Source: an uncultured archaeon | GTDB taxonomy: Archaea; Thermoproteota; Nitrososphaeria; Nitrososphaerales; Gagatemarchaeaceae | NCBI GenBank assembly: GCA_963799775.1 | Contig: CAWCYD010000003.1 | Location: 704,001-768,000 of the forward strand | DNA: 64,000 nucleotides | Direction: 5' to 3' | In this document: one piece after another, positions 20,857 to 30,870 of the stretch | Position numbering within the stretch: position 1 is the first letter of the stretch | How the letters are laid out: each line of letters opens with the position of its first letter | Notes under the pieces: generated by a model | Databases searched by the model: none | What the model was told of the DNA's origin: nothing | Seen by the model: the letters and a program-made list of their open reading frames with translations, nothing else | Translations under genes and position numbers: made by a program

Positions 20857-20953
20857 TGGTGGGCCGACCCGGATTTGAACCGGGGAACTTGACGACGCTT
20901 TCGCGTTTTCGCCGTGTGAGAGCGACGTCCAAACCAGGCTAGACGATCGGCCC
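20857..20953 (-). tRNA. tRNA-Val(CAC) with 19-nt intron at 44/45 (20889-20907), CCA encoded
   Basis: Minus strand GGGCCGA..TCGCT CTCACAC GGCGA A[AACGCGAAAGCGTCGTCAA]GTTC CCCGG TTCAAAT CCGGG TCGGCCC ACCA. TTAAAT box about 30 nt upstream. Confidence 0.92.
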
Positions 20954-21000
20954 AGATTGAACACGCGCCTATCGAGCCGATTTAAGCTGTGAGGCCTGGG

Positions 21001-21168
21001 CTACTTCTTCAGACCGACTGACCTGTTCTTCAGCCTAAGGACCGAGGCGTGGCACTTTCTGCACCTTGTGGCCTGCAGGGCGTTCCTGGCCCCGCAGCGC
21101 AGGCAGACCTTGAGAAAGAGACGCCTCTTCTGGGCGATCTGCTTCTTCGTCACGTCGGCGATCGGCAT
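21001..21168 (-). CDS. rpl40e: 50S ribosomal protein L40e
   Basis: Hand translation MPIADVTKKQIAQKRRLFLKVCLRCGARNALQATRCRKCHASVLRLKNRSVGLKK (below the ORF-track cutoff). Confidence 0.93.
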   Translation of the reverse strand: MPIADVTKKQIAQKRRLFLKVCLRCGARNALQATRCRKCHASVLRLKNRSVGLKK

Positions 21169-21235
21169 CTGCTGGATTCGTTCTCACGCCGTTCGGCGGC
21201 AGTTTAAGGACTTTTCGAAGCGCAAGCGACGGAAT

Positions 21236-22111
21236 TCAGCGGGCCGCTCGCCTCACGAGGGCGGGTATCTCGGACGTGGTCCTCGCGACGCTCGCCCCGA
21301 CGCCCTCCAGGGCTGCGATCTTGGTCTCTGCCGTCCCGAAGTTGCCGTAGATTATGGCGCCGGCGTGCCCCATGTGCTTCTCCTTCGGCGCAGACCTTCC
21401 CGCGATGTAGGCGACGATGGGCTTCGCGAAGCCCGTGTCTTTGACGTGCCTGGCCACCTGCTCCTCCGCGTCACCTCCGATCTCTCCGACCAAGACCACG
21501 CTCGAGACCTCGGCCGCTGATGCCGCCCAGTCCAGACACTCTGTCAGGGTCGTGCAGTTCACGGGGTCTCCCCCGACTCCGAGTGCGATGTGCTGGCCCA
21601 GCCCGGCCTTCGACAAGGTGTCGGCCACCTCGTACATCAGGGTCCCGCTCCGGGAGAAGAGGGCGACCCCTCCCTCGCGAAAGGACGACGAGGGCATTAT
21701 CCCTAGCTTCAGCATCTTGGAAGGCATGATCACGCCGGGCGTGTTCGGCCCCACGACGCGGGCGTCTGAAGCTCGGGCAAGGTCGATCATCTTGAGCGAG
21801 TCTCTGATCGGGACGTGCTCGGTTATCACGATGAGCAGCTTCACATCCGCGTCAATGGCCTCTCGGGCGGCCTCCAAGAGCGACGGCGCCGGCACGAAGA
21901 GCACCGATGCCCTCGCGCCTGTCGCCTGCGCCGCCTCCTTGACCGTGTCATAGACGGGGACGCCCCCCACTTCCTGTCCCCCCTTGCCTGGCGTCACGCC
22001 TGCGGCTATCCTGCTGCCGTATTCCTTCATCAGCCCGGCGTGAAGGCTGCCATACCTCCCCGTGATGCCCTGGACGAGGACAGGCCATCTGTCGTCGAAG
22101 AAGAGGCTCAG
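21236..22111 (-). CDS. sucD: Succinyl-CoA ligase alpha subunit
   Basis: VLVQGITG, GVTPGKGG, GPNTPG, SRSGTL, GVGGDP, GEIGG, MGHAGA. The frame extends to a CTG at 22111 that overlaps the sucC stop. Confidence 0.95.
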   Translation of the reverse strand: MSLFFDDRWPVLVQGITGRYGSLHAGLMKEYGSRIAAGVTPGKGGQEVGGVPVYDTVKEAAQATGARASVLFVPAPSLLEAAREAIDADVKLLIVITEHVPIRDSLKMIDLARASDARVVGPNTPGVIMPSKMLKLGIMPSSSFREGGVALFSRSGTLMYEVADTLSKAGLGQHIALGVGGDPVNCTTLTECLDWAASAAEVSSVVLVGEIGGDAEEQVARHVKDTGFAKPIVAYIAGRSAPKEKHMGHAGAIIYGNFGTAETKIAALEGVGASVARTTSEIPALVRRAAR

Positions 22112-23221
22112 CGAGGCTTTCCCCCATCCAACGCTGCCAGCACCGCCTCCTGAGCGGTCGGGAAGACGGAGATCTCGGTCCCGGACAGGGCAGCTCGCGC
22201 CTCCGCCTCCTCGGCCCCGCTTATCCTCGCGAAGATCGGGGCCATCGGGCCCTCCGCCACGACCGCCATCAGGCCCTCGGCCACGTCGGTCGTCCTGGTG
22301 ATCCCTCCGAAGATGTTGATCAAGACGGCCCTCACACGCGGCATCGCCCGCACCAGCCGGAGCGCGGCCTCGACCCTCTCGCGCTGGGCCCCGCCCCCTA
22401 GGTCAAGGAAGCAAGCGGGATAACCGCCTGCGTCTGTCAACAGGTCGAGGGTGGAAAGCACAAGGCCCGCGCCGTTGCCCACGACGGCGACGTCACCCTC
22501 TAGCCTCACAAAGGCGAATCCAGACCTAGCCGCCTCGGCTTCGAGGGGTGCCCTCGGGAGGCAGCTCGGAGAACTCTGGATGACGGAAGAGAGCGTTGTC
22601 GTCTATGACGACCTTGGAGTCCAGGGCGACGAGAGTGCCGTCTGAATGGATGACGAGGGGGTTGATCTCCGCGAGCTCGCACTCCTCCTCGCGTGAGAGC
22701 CTCTCAAGCCGCATGAGGATGCCGCTGAACTCGGCGAGCGTCCTTCCATCGAGCCCAAGCTCTCTGCCAAGGCCATCGGCGCTACCGCTTGCCAGCCCCT
22801 CGAGAGGGATGGGAATCCGGGGGATCTGGCTGCCGCCCAGGGACTCGACGTCCACCCCGCCCGTCGACGATGCGAGAGCCATGAACTCCCTCCTCCCTCT
22901 GTCGAGGCTTATCGAGAGGTACATCTCCACCGAATGCTCCAGTGCCTCCTCGACAAGCAACCCTCTCGTCGGTTCGCCGCCGATGACCGACCCGAAGAGC
23001 CGGCCCGCCTCGCTCAAGGCCTGTTCCTTGGTCCTGACCAGGACCACGCCTCCGGCCTTGCTCCGCCCGCCGGAGAGGACCTGCGCTTTGAGGACGACGG
23101 GCAACCCGAGTTCCTCGACAGCCGACACGACGTCCCCCGTGCCGTGCGCGAGCTTCGAACGAGGTACGGGGATGCCGTAGCTTGAGAAGAGCTCCTTCCC
23201 CTGGTGCTCGAGGAGCCTCAT
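22108..23221 (-). CDS. sucC: Succinyl-CoA ligase beta subunit (frameshift near 22530)
   Basis: MRLLEHQGKELF, KAQVLSGGRSKAGG, EINPL, GNGAGL, FLDLGGGA, NIFGGIT. Confidence 0.94.
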
Positions 23222-23338
23222 TGTTGACCGGGCCAAAATAGCGGCGTTCTCGGATAAACCTAGCTGCCGACGTCGCTCTCCTTGTTTTTCTAGGTAGACG
23301 TTTTTATATCGGCGAGAAGGCTGGTTTAAACTTAGGAC

Positions 23339-23871
23339 TTGCCGCTCCGAATTCCAATCTGCGCGTTCGATGCGAAGACGGGCATCCTATGTGCAAAATG
23401 CCAGGCCAAGCTCAGCGCAGGTCAGATTTCTAACTCGGACATCGTCGTCTCGAACTGTCCTCGTCAAGCTCGCAGAGTCGGTCCCTGAGCTGAACAAGGT
23501 CGCGCTCCTCAGGTCCTACAGCGTCGAGGGGAACTACGTGATGGAGATGGAGCAGGCGGACGCAGCTCTCCTGAGGTCCAAGCCCGAGATAAAGCAGAAG
23601 CTGGAAGACACGCTAAAGGGCAAGGTGTGGGTGATAGGGACCACGAACTCTGACAGGCAGTTCCTGGAGGAGCTGTTCTACCCCATCAGGATCCTCACAG
23701 TCAACACGGTGTGGCTTCCCGACGGCAGCAAGCTGACGAAGGTGATAATCCCCGGGAGGAGGCCGGAGAGGCTCCGAGGGGAGATCGAGTGCCCTCAAGA
23801 AGGTAGTGAACCAGGTGAAGGGGATAGAGCTGATGGTCGAGTCCGAGAGGGAAGCGACCCTCAGGCTCTAG
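23339..23871 (+). CDS. Archaeal NusA-like (KH-domain) transcription factor paralogue, frameshifted
   Basis: Reassembled: IPICAFDAKTGILCAKC...GKVWVI...FLEELFYPIRILTVNTVWLPDG, matching the TACK NusA-like family from memory. Confidence 0.72.
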
Positions 23872-23953
23872 CGGAAGCAACAAGGCGTCCGGCCGTCCCG
23901 TCTGTCATCTAGCCTAGCGAAGATTTAGAAACGCCAAACGGCCAACCGGGTGT

Positions 23954-24304
23954 GTGGAATTTCATCGCGAGGAGGGAGAGGGGGGCGCGCAGCAAAGATG
24001 GATAGATCACAACCTCCCCACCTGTCCTCTGTGCAGGCCCCAGGTATTATGGCGCATCGCCACCCAGGTGGACCAGCAGGCCCTCGTGAGGTGGTACTTC
24101 AAGTGCCCGAACTGCGCAGTCGTCATGTCGACGATACCAGACAAGGCCGTCTCGGCGCTGGCCGAGCCTGTCAACGTCACGAAGACCGCGCTCGAGGTCA
24201 ACCTGAGGATCGAGAGCGTTGAGACGAAGAGCGACGAGGACTTTGTCGGCGAAGAGTTCCCCCTGTCCGAGCTGCAGATCTGGGCCGAAGAGAGCGAGAG
24301 CTAG
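23954..24304 (+). CDS. Small Zn-ribbon hypothetical protein
   Basis: CPLC...CPNC pair, acidic C-terminus. Confidence 0.6.
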   Translation: MEFHREEGEGGAQQRWIDHNLPTCPLCRPQVLWRIATQVDQQALVRWYFKCPNCAVVMSTIPDKAVSALAEPVNVTKTALEVNLRIESVETKSDEDFVGEEFPLSELQIWAEESES

Positions 24305-24306
24305 TC

Positions 24307-24987
24307 TCAGACGAAGCCGTTCTTCACAAAGTCGGCTATGGAAGCCGAGGCACGAGTCGTTATCGGCGCACCGTGGCCTGGGAGTAGCAGGTCGTACTCG
24401 AGGGCAGAGATCTTCCTGATCGATTCTCTGGCCTGGTCCATGTCTACCGACAGGGAAGGCGGGGGGAGACGCGGCCATCCCTTCGAGTCGGTCCGTAGGG
24501 TGTCCCCCACGAAGATAGCCTCCCTCTCCCTGTAGAGGCAGATGCTCCCGCTTGTGTGTCCAGGGGTGTGCACGACCACGAGGTCGATGACCCTGTCCGA
24601 GTCCTTGAGCAGGACGTCTGGAGCGACGGGGACGAAGCGCATGACGGGGCCCATGACGCCGAAGAGGACGCCCATCATCCCCTTCGCCTCCTTGAGCTTC
24701 TCCTCCCCCGAGAGCTTCGCTGCATCCGCCTGATGGATTGCGACTTTGGCTCCCGTGAGGTCCTTCAGCTTCGCCGCGCTGCCGGAATGGTCGATGTCAG
24801 GGTGGGTCAGGACGATGTAGTCGAGCTTGGTCGGTTCCACGCCCGCCTTCTCGATGTACTCGGTTATCTTCCTCTCATTTCCCGGGAGGCCCGTGTCGAT
24901 GACGGCGGCACCGTCGCTTGTCATGACGAGGTATGAGCCGGCGCCGTTGAGTCTGTCGATCTTGTGTATCCCCGGACGGAGCTCCAC
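24307..24987 (-). CDS. MBL-fold metallo-hydrolase
   Basis: IDTG, THPDIDHSG, HTPGHT, GD, PGHG. GTG start at 24987. Confidence 0.9.
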   Translation of the reverse strand: MELRPGIHKIDRLNGAGSYLVMTSDGAAVIDTGLPGNERKITEYIEKAGVEPTKLDYIVLTHPDIDHSGSAAKLKDLTGAKVAIHQADAAKLSGEEKLKEAKGMMGVLFGVMGPVMRFVPVAPDVLLKDSDRVIDLVVVHTPGHTSGSICLYREREAIFVGDTLRTDSKGWPRLPPPSLSVDMDQARESIRKISALEYDLLLPGHGAPITTRASASIADFVKNGFV

Positions 24988-25034
24988 GTTGGTCCGAGGC
25001 GCGAAGGCATGATAAATCCTTCTGGCGCTCCGTG

Positions 25035-26352
25035 CTAGGGCTGCAGCCTCTCGGGGTCTCTCGGGAAGAGGGCGGCCTCCTTGACGTTCTCGATCCCGAG
25101 CAGGGACGCGGTCAGCCTCTCGATGCCCAGCGAGAACCCGCCGTGCGGAGGGCACCCGAACCTGAAGGGCTCTGTGAACCACGTCAGTCCCTCTGGGTCG
25201 AGCCCCTTCTCGGCGATCTGCTCCAGGATCTTGTCGTGCCTGTGCTCTCTCTGGCCGCCCGACGAGAGCTCCAGGCCCTTGAAGACGAGGTCCACCGAGC
25301 GCGCGAACTCGGGCGCCCCGTCGACGTGCATGACGTAGAACGGCTTGACGGAGGAGGGGAAGCGGTTGACGAAGAAGTAGTCGCTGTCGTATTCTTGTTT
25401 GACGTGCTCTGTGAGGAGCTTCTCAGACTCCCTGTCGAGGTCTCTGTCACGCGGCAGGGGGTGTCCCAGCACTTTCAAGGTCTCGTAGATCCCAGGAAAG
25501 GCGAGCTCCGGGAAGGGCGTCTTCGGCTCTTCGAGGTCAAGCTGGAGAATGTCGAGCTCTCGCCGGCACCGCGAGTTCACGTTCCTTATCCCGCTGACGA
25601 GCATCGCCTCCTCCACGCGCATGGTGTCCCTCTCGTCGTCCAGGAAAGAGATCTCCGGCGCGATGGTCCGGTGCTCGCTCATGTGCCTGGGAGTGTGCGA
25701 GACCTCGGCCCTCCAGCTCGGCCCGAGGTCGTAAACGTTCCCCAGCCCTCCTGCTATCGCAAGCTGCCTATGGAGCTGCGGGTCGCTGCCTGAGGAAGGC
25801 AGGCTTGCCGTAGTAGTCCGTCTTGAAGACCTCCGCCCCTCCCTCCGAGATCCCACCGAGGATGCTGGGGGTGAAGATGCGCATGAACCCCTTCGAGCGT
25901 AGATACGACTCCATGCCCTCCACGAGGGCGTCCTGGATGCGGAAGATCGCGATGAACCTCCGGCCTCCGGAGGTCTAGAGTCCTCCAGTTGAGGCGCGTG
26001 TCTATGTTCGCGTCTGTAACCCCTCGCGGGTCCAGCGGGAGCGGCGTCGCCGAAGCGCTGATGAACCTCCAAGCTCTCAGGGATGATCTCGAACCCGTTC
26101 TGCGCCACCTTCGCCTCCTTGACCAGGCCCGTGCACCTGATCACGTCCTCCGGATGGAGCGAGGTCACCTTTGCGACCATCTCTTCGGGGACACTTCTTC
26201 TTCGGGACTGTCAGCTGGATTATCCCTCGGCTGTTGCGGACGAGGACGAAGTTGATGCCCCCCAGCAGCCTGACGTCGTGGACCCACCCGCTGACGGTGA
26301 CCTTCTCCCCGAGCTTCTTCGCTATCTCTTCTGGGGAGGCGGTTTCTTCCAA
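25035..26352 (-). CDS. aspS: Aspartyl-tRNA synthetase, archaeal type (multiple frameshifts)
   Basis: GWVHDVRLLGG OB-fold, WRAE motif 2, ELSSGGQREH, PPHGGFSLGIERL, FPRD. Confidence 0.93.
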
Positions 26353-26387
26353 GGCCCCTCCGCACCTCCTTGGTGCGCTTTAAGAAT

Positions 26388-27698
26388 CTAGAGGGCTTTG
26401 TACTGCTCCGCCCAGTTCGCGTATGCGCGGAGCATCTCAGGGGAGACGCTCGGCTTGCGGGCCTTCATTATCTCCTTAAAGTCCGTCATCACTATCGGTC
26501 TCGGTTGTACGCTCTTGTCCAGGGCCTTGCCCGTCTCGAAGAGCTCGCGCACCACGCGGAGCTGCGCCCCCTGGCAGATGTCCCTGATGTCGGAGCCCGA
26601 GTACCCTTCTGAGATCCGCGAGAGGTTCTCCAGGCCGATGCCGGAGTCGACGTTGATGGGCGCCGTGTAGCTCTTGAACATCGACATCCTCCCCTCGAAG
26701 TTGGGGAGCGGGATGTAGATCCTCTTCTGGAACCTTCGCAGGAACGGCCAGTCGAGCGACCAGGGCTTGTTCGTGGCCCCCACTGTGTAGAGGTGGGTGT
26801 CGTTCCCCTTGTCCTGGATGCCGTCCATCTCCTTGAGGAACTGGTTCCTGACGCGAGTCTCGCCGCCCACCTCGTTCGTCCTGTTCCCGAGGATGGAGTC
26901 GAGCTCGTCGATGAAGATTATCACGGGGCTCCCCTTGTCGAGGAGCTTCCTCGCCTCTGTGAAGAGCTTCGAGACGTTCTTCTCGGCCTCTCCGAGCCAC
27001 TTGCTCATTATCGAGGCCGCGTCGATCGAGATGAAGTAGCCGTCTATCTCCGCCGCTGTGGCAGCCGCGAGCATCGTCTTGCCGCAGCCGGGAGGTCCAT
27101 ACAGCAGAATTCCCCGCGCCCAACCCAGCGGGAAAAGGTCGGGCCTGTCGAACGGGAAGACTATCGACTCGCGTATTGCCCTCTTCGCGTCGTCCAGGCC
27201 GATGACGTCGTCCCATCTCACGTTCGGCTTCTCGCGCACGACGAGCTCGTTGAAGGACGCCCTCAGCTGCGGGACCATCTGCGGCCCCTTGTTGCCGTTA
27301 CCGTTACCGTTACCGTTACCGTTGCCGGGCCTCTCTATTGTTACAGGGACCGTCTCGGCGCTGGAGGAGGCGGCCTCTCGGGCGCTCCCGTTGCCGTTGC
27401 CGTTCCCGCTCGGCCCGATGATCGAGAAGTTAGCAGTCTCGGGGGGAGTGTCTTGGGGGACCAGCCCGTGCGCCTGCTGGATCGCCTTCACGCGCTCCTG
27501 GTAGATGGACGCCTTGTCCATGTAATGCCTGTTCAGCTTGTAATCGGGATAGAGCCTGACCAGCTTTATCAGGGTGGAGATGGCCTTTTGATAGCTCTGG
27601 ATCGCCATTCCGTGCGCGCCCTGCGAGTCGAGGCGTATCGCCTCGCCCGCGTACTTCCTTGCGTCCTCCTCCAATTCCCTTGCAGCTACTACGCTCAT
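26388..27698 (-). CDS. cdvC: Vps4/CdvC AAA+ ATPase with MIT domain
   Basis: N-terminal MIT helices, GPPGCGKT, SIMSKWLGEAEK, FIDE, ATNKPW, RRFQKRIYIPLP, GYSGSDI. Confidence 0.95.
   Translation of the reverse strand: MSVVAARELEEDARKYAGEAIRLDSQGAHGMAIQSYQKAISTLIKLVRLYPDYKLNRHYMDKASIYQERVKAIQQAHGLVPQDTPPETANFSIIGPSGNGNGNGSAREAASSSAETVPVTIERPGNGNGNGNGNGNKGPQMVPQLRASFNELVVREKPNVRWDDVIGLDDAKRAIRESIVFPFDRPDLFPLGWARGILLYGPPGCGKTMLAAATAAEIDGYFISIDAASIMSKWLGEAEKNVSKLFTEARKLLDKGSPVIIFIDELDSILGNRTNEVGGETRVRNQFLKEMDGIQDKGNDTHLYTVGATNKPWSLDWPFLRRFQKRIYIPLPNFEGRMSMFKSYTAPINVDSGIGLENLSRISEGYSGSDIRDICQGAQLRVVRELFETGKALDKSVQPRPIVMTDFKEIMKARKPSVSPEMLRAYANWAEQYKAL
27291..27326 (-). repeat. 6-bp tandem repeat encoding (Gly-Asn)6; second shorter copy at 27387-27407
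   Basis: Plus strand gttgcc gttacc gttacc gttacc gttacc gttgcc. Confidence 0.9.
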
Positions 27699-27703
27699 GA
27701 TGT

Positions 27704-28574
27704 TTACTCGTTACTCCTTGACGAACCCGATGGCTTGACCTTGCCCTCCGCGACCAGGTGTATCATCGACTGCTCCACCAGGTCCTGCGGGATCCCAAGC
27801 TGCTGTGAGGTCCTTGAGATGTCCATGGCGCCCTCGTGCGTCGCCGCGTACCTGAGGACCGTCGTACTCGACCTTCTCGTCCTTCGGGCTCGCGTAGAGC
27901 GTCCCAAGCACGTTGCTCACCTCGTCGTCGTCTCCTGTCGCAAGTAGCGGCGTGTGGTCCTCGGCCGTCCTCATTATCTGCTCCTCGAACTTCCCGGGCA
28001 TCATGTTCAGGCTGTCTTTTAGCCGGTTCGCCTGCTCCTCGGCGAACTTCCTCGCCTGCTCGACCAGGTCCTCGGAGTTGTCCGCCTTGATGTCGATGTT
28101 GATGCTGGGCGATATCTGGCCCATCTGCGCCATCGTCTCGACGAGGGTGCTGTTGATGTCCGTGGACGCGGCGTCGAGGGCGGGGATCACTCCCTGCATC
28201 TCCTTGCTGATCTGCTTGAGCGACCTGAACGCGGTGTCCATGTGCACCATTGCGTCCCCTATCTCCGTGATGCTCTGCAATCGAAGCGAGACCTGTGTGA
28301 GCGCGAGCTCGCTGGCCTCGACTACCCTGCACACTTTCCTCACCTCGGCGTGCTCGGTGGCGTAGACCGCGGCCTTTGGCTTGTTCTTCTCCTGCAGGGC
28401 GCGCACAGTGACCTCGAAGAGCTTCTGCCTCCTCTCCCCGAGCCTCAGCTTGAGCGTGTCGAGCTCCTTGCGCTGGGCCTCGATTTCGCGGAGGGCTACG
28501 GCGATCCTTCCCTTGTAGTCGCCGCCTCCTCTCCCTCGCTTGAAGATGCGCAGCGTGTCCATCGAGGCCATCAC
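27704..28574 (-). CDS. cdvB: ESCRT-III CdvB with C-terminal winged helix (frameshift near 27865)
   Basis: Snf7-like helical core (AAVYATEHAEVRK, LTQVSLRLQSITEIGD). Winged-helix tail in ORF 27704-27907. Directly upstream of vps4. Confidence 0.85.
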
Positions 28575-28774
28575 TAACTAGGCACCTGCCCCGCTAGGGA
28601 GTACACTGGCACGGTAACCTCTCGCAAACCAAATCCGAAGTAATCATGGCTCAGGTCAACAATCGGAAACAAATCGCTGAACATGCGGCGAATCTTCGAA
28701 GGTGCGGCTCCCTTGTCGCTCAAGATCTTCAATCTATGACCTCGACTGATGCTAGTCTCGCTTGCTCGTTGTTA

Positions 28775-28830
28775 GTAAAAAGAGGAGATGAGGGGACGTT
28801 CCCACTTGCGCGGGCGCGCATCCCCCTCAC
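28775..28830 (-). terminator. Stem-loop plus T-tract downstream of cdvB1-like gene
   Basis: Minus strand GTGAGGGGGATG...CGTCCCCTCAT followed by CTCCTCTTTTT. Confidence 0.45.
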
Positions 28831-28847
28831 ACTTCCGACTGGTTCCT

Positions 28848-29496
28848 TTACGATGAGCTTTCCGTAGAGCTTTCCATCGAAGGGAGACCAGAGGGAATCT
28901 CTGGGAACTTCTCCTTCATCCTCTGCTCTGCGACTGCTGCAGCCTCTGCAAGAACCTTCTCTGCATCCTCGTTGGCAGCCTCGAAGTTGAGGTTGTATCC
29001 TCCCACTGTGCCCGCATCCACTAGGATGCTGCTCAGCAGGCCAGATATCTCCCCGATTTCGCCTTCTGCCTCCGGTAGGACACTGACAAGCCCTTGCCTG
29101 ACGCTGCGAATCACTGACATTGCAGGGGTGAGGGTCACCACGATGTCGCCCAGCTCGGTGATTGTGTTCAGCCGTAGGGTGATCTGCTCGAGAGCCAGTT
29201 TGGCCTGTGTGACCATCCTGTTCATCTTCCTTATCTCTGCGAGTTCGTTCGCATAGACTGAAGCATGCTGCGAGTCATGCTTCTGGATAGATGACACGAT
29301 CTTGTTGAAGATCGAGGCGTCTCGTTCCCTGAGCTTTGCTGAAGTTGCATCGAGTTTCGCGACTTGCACCTGAATCTGCCTTACTGCCAGGTCCAGCCTC
29401 GGCTCTGAGGGGACCAGGGTTCTTCACAGACTCACGTACTCGTGACGTGATTCCTGCGCTGTTTGACTTCTCCCACTTGCTTGCGAATTGGGACAT
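28848..29496 (-). CDS. ESCRT-III CdvB1/2-like Snf7 protein (frameshift near 29400)
   Basis: MSQFASKW, YANELAEIRK, LEQITLRLNTITELGD, EAAAVAEQRMKEKFPEIP. Confidence 0.88.
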
Positions 29497-29519
29497 ATTG
29501 ACTCGCTGCTTCAACATAG

Positions 29520-30811
29520 ATGACCAGTCTTCTTATGCAGAATGTCACCGAGCAACCCGTCACCTCGGTGAATGGCATGGGAGTGAATCGTGGAGCGGGC
29601 GGGATGAGCCTCGCAGACGACTCTGCTGAGCTCGTCGCGGGCCTTCAGGGGTTCGGGCTCACCGAATACGAGTCGAGGGTCTACTTCGCTTTGCTCTCGA
29701 ACGGTGCCTGCACGGTCAACCAGATACAGTATGCCTCCGGTGTCCCCCGGACCAAGGTCTACCAGGTCTCACAGCAGCTCACGCGCAAGGGGTTGCTCAG
29801 AGAGGTAGAGGGCGGGAAGCCGTCGAAGTTCGAGGCCCAGCCCCCGGAGATACTTCAGTCGATACTGGTCGAGAGGGAGAGGAAGGTCAGGTCGTTGAGA
29901 AAGTCCATGGTGGCGCTCAAGAAGGTCAGGGAGAAGAACGTCAACCCCGGAGACGTCACGGAGGAGAGGTATCTCTCTCTCGGTTCCCAGAGCCTCTTGA
30001 TGAAGCTCAAGGAGTCGATACTAAAGGCGGAGAAGGAGGTGAAGTGCATCGTCGACAACTGGGGGCTGCATCTCATCCAGGAGTGCATCGAGGAGATAGA
30101 GAGCGCGTGCAGGCACGACGCCCAGGTCAGGATAATCTCCTCTCTCGCGGAGACGGTCCCAGAGTTCCCGTTCTCCTCGCCTAGGCTGAAGCTGAGGTTC
30201 GGGAAGCACTTCGTGGCGAAGAGCGTGTTCATCATCGACAACTCGGAGTTGATAATTGTCAACAGCCAGACCGGCAGGGGCTACCAGCTGGTCCTGAGCG
30301 AGCTGAGGAGCGCCATCGGGGACGAGTTCTTCGAAGGCGCGTGGAAGACGTCGACAAGCAGCAGGGCGATCTCCTCTCTCCAGCTCGTCGACGGGATGCC
30401 CGTGTTCGTCGACCCGATCCTGATGAATGACTCTTCATCGAGGCCGTCTCTCGCGTCGTAAAGGACGAGGGCACGATCGAGAGCATAGGCGAGGCCCTGA
30501 TAGCGCTGGTGGAGGCGAGGGTGACCCCCAAGCTCACGCGCCAGCCGATCGACATCGCCGTCAGGTTCATGCTTGCCATGATGAGGGAAGAGCTGGGAGA
30601 GGATGTGACGTCGACGGAGTACGACCCCCTCACCAAGATAGCGAGGATCGAGATGCCAGACAGCCACGGGGCTGTCCCTGGGTCCACATGGTATTTCGCT
30701 CTCACCGGGATGCTGAAGAGATCGGGGACGGGGAACGAGCTACTGCAAGTGGTGGCCTCGCCCGAGACGAGGAGCCGCATCATCCAAAGGCGGTTCGCAG
30801 GGACGCGCTGA
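29520..30811 (+). CDS. TrmB-family transcriptional regulator with extended C-terminal domain (frameshift near 30430; likely start 29604)
   Basis: LQGFGLTEYESRVY, SGVPRTKVYQ winged HTH, PLD-like effector domain (AEKEV, VFIIDNSE). Confidence 0.85.
29545..29571. promoter_or_regulatory. Perfect 8-bp inverted repeat, candidate operator between divergent cdvB1 and trmB
   Basis: TCACCGAG-N11-CTCGGTGA. Confidence 0.4.
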
Positions 30812-30870
30812 GTGACACCCTCTCCAAAGTCTTAGATAGCTCTCAAGAAGGAAAGGGCGGCCGTTTCGAT

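Noticed and set aside
26388-29496. Absence of cdvA as a novel CdvA-free division system
   Set aside because: cdvA is often unlinked from cdvB/cdvC in thaumarchaea, and the CdvB keeps its winged helix. This cannot be judged from one window.
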